Shown here piece by piece: positions 9,039-17,815 of a stretch of 32,000 bases of DNA. Within the stretch, counting starts at the first letter, position 1. Each line of letters starts with the position of its first letter. Below the pieces are notes generated by a model that made no database searches, was not told the DNA's origin, and saw nothing but the letters and a program-made list of their open reading frames with translations. A program made the translations under genes and the position numbers. The DNA is from Ktedonobacterales bacterium (GTDB lineage Bacteria > Chloroflexota > Ktedonobacteria > Ktedonobacterales > JADMIN01): contig CP126532.1 of the NCBI GenBank assembly GCA_030167145.1, forward strand, positions 1,170,001 to 1,202,000, given 5' to 3'.

Positions 9039-9340
9039 TTAGCCGAGGAAACCCAGGGAGATGAGGGCGTAGCCAAGCTGCAAGACGGCCACATGCATGT
9101 CGGCGCGGTGCTCGGAGCGGATCGTCAGGCGCCGGAAGCGGTTGAGCCAGGAGAGGCTGCGTTCAACCACCCAGCCTCAAGACCTATTGGACACTTTTCG
9201 TCAGTCATGCGGGCAATCCGCTCCACGTGGTGTCGGTGTCCGGTGGGCTTGCGTCCAGCGGCGGCGCGTTTCGCCGGTGATGTCGCGCTGGCGGCCCAGG
9301 GCATCACGGCGCATCACTACCGTCAGTAGCTCTTGTAGCA
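9039..9340 (-). mobile_element. Degraded IS4/IS5-type (DDE_Tnp_1) transposase remnant, C-terminal end only
   Basis: My minus-strand translation of 9176-9039 is GWVVERSLSWLNRFRRLTIRSEHRADMHVAVLQLGYALISLGFLG*. This is the characteristic C-terminal WVVER-x-F/L-x-WL-x-RFRRL block of IS5-family transposases. An in-frame TGA lies immediately upstream, and only fragmentary transposase-like text appears in other frames up to about 9340. The upstream boundary is uncertain. Confidence 0.6.
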
Positions 9341-9511
9341 CTGAAGCGTGCTAGCTTTCGGTTTAACTAGTGTCCCATCGGGTGCACCATTTCCGGCTCA
9401 TCTGTTAAGTCGTTGTAATTTCCGCAGACATGCAAGTGCCTGCATTTTTTGTCTCGGTTGAGGCGGTTAGCGTCTCGTCAGGGTCATTGCGCAACGAGCG
9501 CATCCTCGATG

Positions 9512-10552
9512 CTAATACGTTAGGAATATCTTCTGCTGCTGCGCATCCACGCGAGCCGCACGGCCCATCGGTAGCACGACCTGCGGGTCAGTGTGTCCAA
9601 AGTCCAGGTTCTGAATCACCGGGATGGCGGCGTTGTACGCGCGCACGACCTTGAGAACCGTCTCCCGTTGCGCTTGGCGGTAGGATGCTTTCTGTTCGGT
9701 CGTCCGCGGCTTATCAAACTCCCAGGCTTTCGGCCGCCCGACGAGGACAGCCTGGAACGTATCGAACCAGCCACGTTCCCCGAAGCCGGTCAGCAGGTAT
9801 TCGACGATCCAAGGCTCAGGGATGTCCTCGGCGGTTTCAATGAACAGGATGGTGCCGTCCAGCTCGTCGTCGGTCGGCAGGTAGCGGCCAGCGGTGGCCT
9901 GGACAATGAGCGACTCGACGCAGCCACCCCAGAGAATGCCCGTGGCGCTGGTGTTCCCGTCCCAGTACAGGCCGTCGTTTAGCTCCATCTTGCGGGGCTG
10001 CGACAGGTTGTCACGGACCGACCAATCAAGTCCCTCGTCGTTGTACTCCTGGGCCACGTCGAGCTCGTACTCACCGCTATCGAACAGCGCGTGCCGGAGC
10101 GCGGTAACGGTCAGGTCGTGCATCGCCACGTTCATGCCGAACTGGTTCATGATGCCACCGCCATAGTAGGACGGGACGCCGAGCCGCCATAGGAAGTTGT
10201 GCAGGTGCGTATTATCGCTAAAGCCAAAGAAGGGCTTCGGGTTGGTTAGGAACACCTGCGGGTCGAGGTACTTGATGAGTTTGATTTGATCGGAACCCCC
10301 AATCGAGGCGAAGACCGCTTTGTTCTGCGGATCGGCAAAGGCGGCCATGATGTCGCGGGCTCTGTCTTGGAGGGACGAACCCATTTGCCGTGTCGTGGGA
10401 TACTCCTTAGGGCTCAGGCCAAAGGCACTACGCAGTCGCTCGAGACCCAAGTCTTGGACCCACGGAAATAGACCGGGCAAGCCAGCGGCGGGTGAGATGA
10501 CGGCGACGTGGTCGCCTGGTGAGAGCTTGGATAGTTGCGTGAATGACTTCAT
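9512..10552 (-). CDS. S66-family LD-carboxypeptidase (LdcA/MccF-like)
   Basis: 346 aa. LSPGDHVAVISPAAG N-terminus, GFSDNTHLH (nucleophile Ser context) and C-terminal NLDFGHTDPQVVLPMG. Confidence 0.85.
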   Translation of the reverse strand: MKSFTQLSKLSPGDHVAVISPAAGLPGLFPWVQDLGLERLRSAFGLSPKEYPTTRQMGSSLQDRARDIMAAFADPQNKAVFASIGGSDQIKLIKYLDPQVFLTNPKPFFGFSDNTHLHNFLWRLGVPSYYGGGIMNQFGMNVAMHDLTVTALRHALFDSGEYELDVAQEYNDEGLDWSVRDNLSQPRKMELNDGLYWDGNTSATGILWGGCVESLIVQATAGRYLPTDDELDGTILFIETAEDIPEPWIVEYLLTGFGERGWFDTFQAVLVGRPKAWEFDKPRTTEQKASYRQAQRETVLKVVRAYNAAIPVIQNLDFGHTDPQVVLPMGRAARVDAQQQKIFLTY

Positions 10553-10605
10553 GGCCCTATTCTAGCAAACCGTCATGCAGGAACCGTGACTCGCCGTGGC
10601 ACCTC

Positions 10606-10887
10606 TCACTGCCATCGCCGCCGCATGCCATGCTCGCGTAGTAGCTTCCTCACGCTCTTGACGTTAATGCTGTAGCGCGCTGCCAGTTCGGTCGTGGCAA
10701 TTCCTGTTTGGTATGCCATCACTAGCCGGACGATATCTCGCTCACGCAGTCGATCACGTAACCGCCAACAGGACCTGCGGTACGTAATGGATTTGTTGTC
10801 GCTGCTACATCGCATTGAAGTAGACGGATGCTCTCTGAGCCACCAGATGAGCTGCGGGTTTACTTTGTATCCCGTCACCCGCACCAA
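10606..10887 (-). pseudogene. C-terminal relic of a second large serine recombinase (HTH tail only)
   Basis: The 93-aa ORF aligns by eye with the last ~90 aa of the 691-aa recombinase at 20934-23009. NPQLIWWLREH...WRLRDRLRERDIVRLVMAYQTGIATTELAARYSINVKSVRKLLREHGMRRR matches NPQLSRYLQTH...WRIRDKLSEQDIVRLIVAFKVGAPKQVLADHYGIGMKSVKKILRQYGVKKR. No catalytic or recombinase domain lies upstream. Confidence 0.6.
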
Positions 10888-10903
10888 GCGGACACAAATT
10901 AAA

Positions 10904-10940
10904 GCCCCATACAGAGGTCGTATGGGGCCTTTTTGTATTT
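10904..10940. terminator. Orphan hairpin plus T-tract (rho-independent-type, potentially bidirectional)
   Basis: GCCCCATAC (10904-10912), loop AGAGGTC, GTATGGGGC (10920-10928), then CTTTTTGTATTT. The reverse strand gives the same stem followed by TTTAATTTG. It sits exactly at the truncation point of the recombinase relic. Confidence 0.5.
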
Positions 10941-11119
10941 CGGGTTAGCAAATATGGTCCAAAAGTATGCGGCGTTCCTGCCCGCCACCTCTGAGCGGAG
11001 TTTAACGTCGCATCAGGGGGCCTGATGTTGCATGTTCAAGCTCGCCCCCACAGGAACCAGCGTTGTTTTAATATGTACAAGATGCATCCATTTGCTAGTG
11101 TTGGATAAGGATCCGAACG

Positions 11120-12160
11120 ATGAGTACTGGGGATTTGAGCGCTTACGAAGTCACCGTTGAGCAAGAAATTGCCATGATCCTTCAGGGCAAGCCTCACATC
11201 CTGCTTCTTGGAGCTGGCGCGAGTAAGGCTGCCCTGCCCAATGGCGATAAGCACGGCCGAGCAGTGCCATTGCTGCGGGAAGTGGCAGAAGACTTGACGC
11301 TCGTAGACATATTCCCAGACGACCTAAAGGGATTAGCAGTACGGGACTTTGAGGCGGCCTACTCAAAGCTGTTTGATCAACGGTCATCTGACGAGCTTGG
11401 CAAGATAGACACCCGGATACGCGAGTATTTCTCAAGCTTCGAGCTTCCTGACGAGCCAAATCTCTATGATGTGATCAACCTATCGCTGCGCGACAAAGAT
11501 GCGATCTTCACATTCAACTGGGATCCGTTTCTGGTTCAGTCCCAAAGACGCTTGGCTAAGCGAGGTATAACCACTCGCCTTCCAAAGCTGTTCTTCTTAC
11601 ATGGCAATGTAGCGGTGGGATTTTGCACGAAGGACAGCACGAGTGGATTGGTAGGGCGACCGTGCAGTCGGTGTCACCAGCCGTTTTCGCCTTCCGTCTT
11701 GCTCTTTCCAGTTGAACATAAGGACTACCAGTCAGACAGTTTCATTGCGCGAGAATGGGAAGCGGCCAGGCAGTATTTTCGTGACTGCTTCATGCTCAGT
11801 GTTTTCGGCTATAGCGCTCCCACGACTGACCAAGAGGCGATAGACCTGTTGAAGAAGGGCTGGGGCGATATCAGCGAGCGCGCAATGGAGCAAACTGAAA
11901 TCATCAATCGGCCAGGCGCTGATCGCGACAAGCTTCGGCAAACATGGGCTCCTTTCATTCATACACACCACTATGACGTGATCGAGAGCTTCTACGACTC
12001 CTTCATCGCCAAACACCCTCGGCGAACGCTGGAGGCTTATTGGAACCAGTACTGGGAAGCCAAATTCATTTCTGACAATACGGTGCCGCAACAATTCGCG
12101 ACCTTTGAAGAAGTGGCAGCGTGGTATAAGCCACTGCTCGATGCCGAGACGGCTCAGTAA
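11120..12160 (+). CDS. SIR2-like (SIR2_2/DSR-type) domain protein, stand-alone
   Basis: 346 aa. ILLLGAGASKAA (GAGxS-like NAD pocket), TFNWDPF (equivalent of the TxNxD motif), FFLHGNV (candidate catalytic His), CSRC, and FGYSAPTTDQEAIDLL. No SLOG or other fused domain is recognisable. Confidence 0.55.
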   Translation: MSTGDLSAYEVTVEQEIAMILQGKPHILLLGAGASKAALPNGDKHGRAVPLLREVAEDLTLVDIFPDDLKGLAVRDFEAAYSKLFDQRSSDELGKIDTRIREYFSSFELPDEPNLYDVINLSLRDKDAIFTFNWDPFLVQSQRRLAKRGITTRLPKLFFLHGNVAVGFCTKDSTSGLVGRPCSRCHQPFSPSVLLFPVEHKDYQSDSFIAREWEAARQYFRDCFMLSVFGYSAPTTDQEAIDLLKKGWGDISERAMEQTEIINRPGADRDKLRQTWAPFIHTHHYDVIESFYDSFIAKHPRRTLEAYWNQYWEAKFISDNTVPQQFATFEEVAAWYKPLLDAETAQ

Positions 12161-13318
12161 TCTGTCCCTGCGCCAACTATCTTTCTGTATGCCTCTGGGT
12201 CAGTGGCACCTTCAGTCGAGATGACGACTACATGTGCGTCGGAGGTCAGCCCGAGAGCCTGGCGATACTCATCAGCCTTAGCTGTTTTCAAGAGCGCGAG
12301 CAATCCCGCCAAACCAGCTGAGCCGGTCTCGCCCGATACCACACCAGCTTTGGCGAGTTCGCGCATCGACTCGCGCGCCCAGGCATCATCAATGGCAACG
12401 AAGACGTCGATACCCTTGGAAATAATCGGCCATGCCACGAGCGACGGTATGCCGCAGCATAGACCTGCCATGATGGAGTTGTGCGGGCCAGGAGTCTCAA
12501 CGATATGTCCGGCTTGCGCAGATTCGAGCACGCAGTCGGCAACAAGCGGCTCAGCACCAACGATCCTTGGCTTGTCGGTGAGTTCGGGCCGGCGATAGTG
12601 CCAGACCACAGCGGTTGCCAAGCCACCGACGCCCATCTGAGCCGTCGCAACATCAACCCGCGTGTCGCCTTTCGCGGCCAGCTGTTCGTCGAGTTCGCGG
12701 AGAATGGTGGTGTAGCCTTCCATGATCCAGCGCGGCACTTCAGTGTAGCCTTCCCAAGCGGTATCGGAGATAACCAACGCTCTATCTGACGCTAAACGTT
12801 CCTGATTGCGCCACAGCATCGTCATAGTTGCCGTTGACGATCGTGACCTCGGCACCTTCACTCTTGATGGCATCAATGCGCGCCTGGGTCATTTCCTGCG
12901 GCACCAGAATGTGGGCGTCGAAGCCCAGGAGGTTGGCCATCCGCGCCACTGCCCGACCGTGGTTGCCATCAGTCGCGGCGACGAGCGTTAGTGGCTTGAG
13001 CGGCGCGAACCGGTCTTTCAGATCGTCAAAGGTATACCATAGTTCAATCGTTCCACCGATCTGCATGAGCAGCGCACGATAGACGGCCCATGATGCACCG
13101 AGGAACTTAAACGCTGGCAAGCCGAATCGGCTCGACTCGTCTTTAACCCAGACCTTGCCGACGCCGAGCGTCGCGGCAATGCTTGGGGCATCAATGAGCG
13201 GTGATCGCTGGTAGCCAGGAAGCTTTTGGTGAAAGTCAAACGTCTCACAGCTGGAGAAAGCGTCCTCGAGATTAGCAGTTGCCTGGGGGTTCGGAAAAAC
13301 CTTCGTGTCATTGGACAT
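12154..13318 (-). pseudogene. Diaminopropionate ammonia-lyase-like PLP enzyme (DpaL/YgeX-type) split by a frameshift
   Basis: Two overlapping ORFs in different frames (12782-13318 and 12154-12876). The N-terminal part has SRFGLPAFKFLGASWAVY and ...VNGNYDDAVAQ. The C-terminal part resumes with ...LVISDTAWEGYTEVPRWIMEGYTT. The frame switch maps to about 12797-12815. Confidence 0.7.
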
Positions 13319-13557
13319 AGCCTTAGATCCTTACGCCAAGCAACAACCCAATCTACTCGTCATTGCCAAGCAACGCCCCTTGATGAAGAACGGTGGGTTC
13401 AACTGCTCACTGCTATGGCGTATGAATTTGCATGGCAACGGAAAGCAAAAGCTAACGGCGATCCTTCAAGCCGGGATAAACCAGCGTTGCCAGATGAATA
13501 GCTTGTGGCCACCTATGCAACTTCAAGCCGTGAGATGCGGTGCTCATGATCGGCGAC

Positions 13558-13743
13558 TTAATGACTCAGGTCAGTCACAGCAGCCTTCACGACTTTCATA
13601 TCTTGCTTGAGTTCGGCGATATCTTCTCTCATAGTCGGGATCATGTCAACCAGGGTCTTCATATCAGCAACAGCTTCAAGTACCGCTTTGTTTTGGTCGC
13701 GGATCTCTTCGAGTAGTATCGCCGTGTCATCCTTGTCTGCCAT
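13558..13743 (-). CDS. Hypothetical small coiled-coil protein
   Basis: 61 aa, heptad-like acidic/basic pattern (EEIRDQNKAVLEAVADMKTLVDMIPTMREDIAELKQDMKVVKAAV). AGGAG lies immediately upstream but the spacing to the ATG is very short. No recognisable family. Confidence 0.4.
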   Translation of the reverse strand: MADKDDTAILLEEIRDQNKAVLEAVADMKTLVDMIPTMREDIAELKQDMKVVKAAVTDLSH

Positions 13744-14067
13744 ACTCCTAGCCTAGCGCAGCTCTAGACGGCCGAAAAGCGACTTGCCGCTACTCGCTCC
13801 ATCTCTCATGCCGTGGCCCTTCTGAACCCTCCCTTCCCACTGACCTGCTGCTCACCGCAGCGGTCTAGCATAAAGCACGGGGAGAAGGTTAGCAGGACAA
13901 ACAGATCGTGCCTCCCCCGATCGGGCTAGCTGGCATACTGGAAGGATAATTGGGGGCAAGTCAACTGAAATAGATCAAAAGGTTCGTCACACCTTACTCA
14001 GGTCGTAGCGCTGCCGCCACCTGGCAGTCTCCGTCCACACCACGAACATGTCATGACAGACGAGGGA

Positions 14068-15198
14068 TCAAAGCCCGTATTTGTATGCCCCCTTCTCTTT
14101 AGCGCCGTCGAGGTGGGTAAGCGCGTCGTCAAGGAGTGACACCGCCTCCTTATCCTTGAGCTTCTTAAGGTGTTGGCGCTCTTTTCGAATCTCAGTCGCC
14201 GACAAGATCTCTGGCTCCTCGCGGGCAATATCTGCGAGCGCCCTCGCTGCGTATTCGCGAACGTCTGCCGCAGAGCTGTGAAGTCGTTGGAAGAAGACAT
14301 ATAACACATCCCGCTGACGCCCAACGAGCGTTTTCAATGCTGCAGTGGCAGGCGCTTCTACATACCAGTCCTCATCAGGTACAGCAAGCCGGGTAAGAAC
14401 ATCTATTGGCACCAAGTCGGGAGCGATATTCGCAAGCTTCATACAAATGCTCGCTGCCGAAGATCGAACAGAGAATACTTGATGCTGTGCCATGCGAAAC
14501 AAAATGTCGTGGCTACTGAGCCAAGGAGCTAGGCCGATACATGCCTCTATCGTTTCTCCCGCTCCCCAAGAATACTCCTCCTCAGTTGGTACGCTCAAAT
14601 TGTACTCTACCAGTGAATTGAATGGCTCATTGTGCCCGAATCTGTCCGTGCGCCGGAGCACCTCCAGTGCAGCAACGTAGGCCTTATCCCAGTCTCCAGG
14701 ACCAATACCGTCAATGAGCGCACTAACCTGATCATTCAGCACGCTTCGATTTGGCGCTACATCGTCTGAGGTCACGGTGGTTCCACGACGCCCCAACGCT
14801 TCCAATACATCGTTTACGATGTCTGTCGCGCCGCGTGCATCTGATGATACAGAGCGTGCGTGTATTTTCTGCAGAAACCATGGCAAATCTCTGAAACTAG
14901 TGTTGTCAATGATGAACGGCATTATCAGTGAGCGTTTCTTTTGAATCTCTAACAGTTTGGCTTGTTCGACCTCTTCACGAACCCAACCCGAATCAAGCGC
15001 TTTCTTAGAAAAGAGGACGATGAATAGGTCCATAGTATCAAGCGCTTCGCCAATACTTTGGAATATGTCCTCTCCAGAGATAATGTGTTCGTGGTCAATC
15101 CACGGGTCAGTTGTGTTGTCGCGCAGGTTTCGAACAACACGGGTAGCGAAGTCCTTATCAGAAGCGGAGTGGCTTATGAAGATGCGCGCCGGTTTCAT
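14068..15198 (-). CDS. TIR-domain protein with C-terminal HEAT/ARM-like repeats
   Basis: 376 aa. N-terminal ARIFISHSASDKDFATRVVRNL...DPWIDHEHIISGEDI...LFIVLFSKKALDSGWVREEVEQA shows the TIR layout, including the conserved Glu after the S-x-W motif. The C-terminus has HEAT-like repeats (...VREYAARALADIAREEP...). Confidence 0.8.
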   Translation of the reverse strand: MKPARIFISHSASDKDFATRVVRNLRDNTTDPWIDHEHIISGEDIFQSIGEALDTMDLFIVLFSKKALDSGWVREEVEQAKLLEIQKKRSLIMPFIIDNTSFRDLPWFLQKIHARSVSSDARGATDIVNDVLEALGRRGTTVTSDDVAPNRSVLNDQVSALIDGIGPGDWDKAYVAALEVLRRTDRFGHNEPFNSLVEYNLSVPTEEEYSWGAGETIEACIGLAPWLSSHDILFRMAQHQVFSVRSSAASICMKLANIAPDLVPIDVLTRLAVPDEDWYVEAPATAALKTLVGRQRDVLYVFFQRLHSSAADVREYAARALADIAREEPEILSATEIRKERQHLKKLKDKEAVSLLDDALTHLDGAKEKGAYKYGL

Positions 15199-15581
15199 AG
15201 CTGTGCCCTACCCAGTTCAAGCAGATGCATATTGATCCCCCATCCTACATAATATACGGCACCTTGCCAAGCCCAGACCACCAGATTACGGTTTAGGATT
15301 CATGCTATTAGACGATTTCTCAAGAACAGAGATAGTTCAGGATTGAATTTAGAGCCCATCACCTCACAGAAATTCGGGATCTCACGGGCGCATACTACAA
15401 TGACCGAGGCAAAGTTGGTATTGTTTGCGTGGGGTGTAATCTTGAGTCCCAACACCTACTGCTTGTACATGACTTGGAGCGAATGATGGCATCTCAACTC
15501 ACTACATCAACCGGCAGATGTGGTATAGTGGCAGTGGCTTTGAGGTGACTAACTGCGTATCGTGCCCGGCGTTCTGTGTGA
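15199..15581. promoter_or_regulatory. Divergent control region between the two TIR genes
   Basis: Visibly more AT-rich than the flanking genes. A candidate extended -10, TGgTATAGT (15521-15529), faces the + strand operon. A TTGGCA-17nt-TAGGAT arrangement lies on the minus strand upstream of the TIR-HEAT start. No experimental support. Confidence 0.35.
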
Positions 15582-17312
15582 GTGATAGAAAACGAGGGTA
15601 GCATGAAGCTGTGGCTTTTCGGACGGAAGGAGCAGCTACGTAGACACTCCTCTGCGGTGCACCGGGGTGCCTTTATTAGCCACGCGAGCGCCGACACAGC
15701 AATGATCGATCCCTATATAAGGGCGTTGCGTAGGCAGGGTTTCGATGTTTGGTATGACCAAGATAATCTAACGGGGGGCGATAGTCTCCCAGTAGTAATT
15801 CAGGAGGAACTCCAGAGGTGCAGCGTCTTCATCGTCTTTCTCACGCAGGCGTCTCTATATTCCAAATGGGTGCAACTCGAGACTGCCACATTTCTCGCAC
15901 TTTTGATGCAGGATCCAGACCGCATGATTATCCCAGTACGGGCCAGCCGTGTCCCGGTGCCGCCCTTCTTACGTACATTCAAGTGGATCGAGGCGACAGA
16001 ACTCAGCCAGCGCCAGGTACTTGAAGAGCTTGTCCAGAAGATCGAGGGCAGCTCGCACCAACACTCCCTGCCTATAGCCGAAGCAAATACACCACCGAGT
16101 GATGGGCGCGTGGGCACGACCGGAGCTGTCCCCTCTGGTCAGCAAGTACTGCACATCGAAGCTGTCCAGGAACACGTCCGCCACTTCTGCGAGCAGTGGC
16201 TGCCGCAATCTCACGGCGACGGCGAGGCGCGCAGTCATCTGTCTCTGCGGAAAAGCAGTTACCTGGATCCCCTGCCACAGAAGGCACGCGCCACGTACGA
16301 TGAGGGCGACTATGAGCAAGCCATCTTATTCTTTGATGAGTTGGTGACGGATATATCACGCGTCAACGCTCTGTCTAACCAGGAAACCGCGCAGTGTCTG
16401 TACTACCTCGCCAAGACGTTACTCAAACTGAATTGGTACAACTCACTGAGCGAGCTGATGGCGGGGCCATACCACCGATTCTCCCGTCTGTCCCAGCACG
16501 AACTCGATGCTGAAGTGTTGCAGATCGAAGGCACAGGCTTTCGCCAGGCGGGTAATATCGGCAATTCGCTTACCTGCTTCGAGGAGGCGACGTATCTGCT
16601 GGAGCAGGCCAGGGCGGCCCGCCCTGATGCTCAGCTCACCCTCGCCTTAGCCGATGTGCTTGTTCTCAAGTCTCATGCCTACCTGGATCAGGCTCTCTGT
16701 GTCGGTGGCACGCCTATCGTGCGTGAGGCGGCCCTTGGCCTGGCCAAGCAGTGCCTCACACACGCCGGAGCGCACTATGATGCGTTTCGCGTTCAGTCGG
16801 GAGGTCATCCAACGCACTATGAGGGGCGTCTGAAGGGAGCGCAAGGCTTCACGACCGTCGCCGAGAGTATCATCTTCCCGAATCGCCTGACAGAGAAACG
16901 CTGGTCTGATACGGAACTCAACGCGCGCGGTGCCTTCGAGCCAGAGCATGAGCGCAAGGCATTCGGCATCGTTGCGGGGAAATATGCACTGGCGGTCATT
17001 TGGCTCGCCAAGGGCCAATGGTTCTTGCAGCAGAAAACCGTTCCCAACGCGGCCGAACGAGCACTCCACTGTTTTCGTGACGCGCTCAATATGCTAGCAC
17101 AAACGTACAAAGAGCACGTGGTCTCAGGACGTGTCTTCTTGGGGCCGCGATTCGAGCTGCCCAAGATGAAGAGATTGCTCCTGGCTCTGCACACCGAAGT
17201 CACTGCACTGGGCTACACACCGTACCAGTCGCTCGATAGCCTCCATCTCGGTGCGGACGAGCTAGATGCCCTTGCGAACGCGCCAATTTGTGTCTACACG
17301 CCGATCGCGTGA
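15582..17312 (+). CDS. TIR-domain protein with C-terminal TPR-like helical repeat domain
   Basis: 576 aa. GAFISHASADTAMIDPYIRALRRQGFDVWYDQDNLTGGDSL...VFIVFLTQASLYSKWVQLETA is a TIR domain with the conserved Glu. Downstream are TPR-like segments (YDEGDYEQAILFFDELV..., ...NIGNSLTCFEEATYLLEQA...). The ATG at 15603, preceded by GAGGG, is a likely alternative start. Confidence 0.8.
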   Translation: MIENEGSMKLWLFGRKEQLRRHSSAVHRGAFISHASADTAMIDPYIRALRRQGFDVWYDQDNLTGGDSLPVVIQEELQRCSVFIVFLTQASLYSKWVQLETATFLALLMQDPDRMIIPVRASRVPVPPFLRTFKWIEATELSQRQVLEELVQKIEGSSHQHSLPIAEANTPPSDGRVGTTGAVPSGQQVLHIEAVQEHVRHFCEQWLPQSHGDGEARSHLSLRKSSYLDPLPQKARATYDEGDYEQAILFFDELVTDISRVNALSNQETAQCLYYLAKTLLKLNWYNSLSELMAGPYHRFSRLSQHELDAEVLQIEGTGFRQAGNIGNSLTCFEEATYLLEQARAARPDAQLTLALADVLVLKSHAYLDQALCVGGTPIVREAALGLAKQCLTHAGAHYDAFRVQSGGHPTHYEGRLKGAQGFTTVAESIIFPNRLTEKRWSDTELNARGAFEPEHERKAFGIVAGKYALAVIWLAKGQWFLQQKTVPNAAERALHCFRDALNMLAQTYKEHVVSGRVFLGPRFELPKMKRLLLALHTEVTALGYTPYQSLDSLHLGADELDALANAPICVYTPIA

Positions 17313-17365
17313 ACCGGCCGTGTGGGACCGTCAGATCGTCCTGCACCGAGAAGGGATGAGCGAGC

Positions 17366-17815
17366 ATGACGACAGGAGAGCAGCACCCGAGCCTCTACAT
17401 CGGGGGCGCCTTTTCCTTCATCTTCAACGCGCGGGGAGAATTCCTCATCTTGCGCGAAGATGACCGAACGCGCAAATACGAATGGGATCTCCCGGGTGGT
17501 ACGTTGGAGCACGAGGAATCGCCGCTCGATGGGCTCCGTCGCGAGATCGTGGAGGAGACCGGACTCACGGTTCAGCTCATAACACCAGCGTGCTTTCTCA
17601 AGTGGGATCGGCACGAGAGCGGACGTCCGATTCTCGTGGCATTCTACCTGACCGTTCCCGCATCGGAAGAGATTGCGTTATCTCCTGAGCACGTTGCTTT
17701 CCGCTGGGTCTCGAGAAGCGACGTCGAAGCCGAAGGGATCCATCTAGCGCCTTCCGAGCACATCATTGACGCCGTTTTCACGTTGTATCACCAGGTGACG
17801 AACTATGCGTCCTAG
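17366..17815 (+). CDS. NUDIX hydrolase
   Basis: 149 aa. Complete Nudix box GGTLEHEESPLDGLRREIVEETGL. Starts 53 nt after the TIR-TPR stop, with GAAGGGA upstream of the ATG. Confidence 0.85.
   Translation: MTTGEQHPSLYIGGAFSFIFNARGEFLILREDDRTRKYEWDLPGGTLEHEESPLDGLRREIVEETGLTVQLITPACFLKWDRHESGRPILVAFYLTVPASEEIALSPEHVAFRWVSRSDVEAEGIHLAPSEHIIDAVFTLYHQVTNYAS

Noticed and set aside
11011-11027. Hairpin CATCAGG-ggg-CCTGATG upstream of the SIR2-like gene as a terminator
   Set aside because: It has a short 7-bp stem with a 3-nt loop and no convincing downstream T-tract. It is not reported as a feature.
11120-17312. Calling the SIR2-like gene plus TIR genes a canonical Thoeris (ThsA/ThsB) system
   Set aside because: The SIR2-like protein has no recognisable SLOG or Macro sensor domain. 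It is on a separate transcription unit about 2 kb from the nearest TIR, with a pseudogene in between. Both TIR proteins carry large repeat domains unlike typical ThsB. Only a loose thematic resemblance remains.
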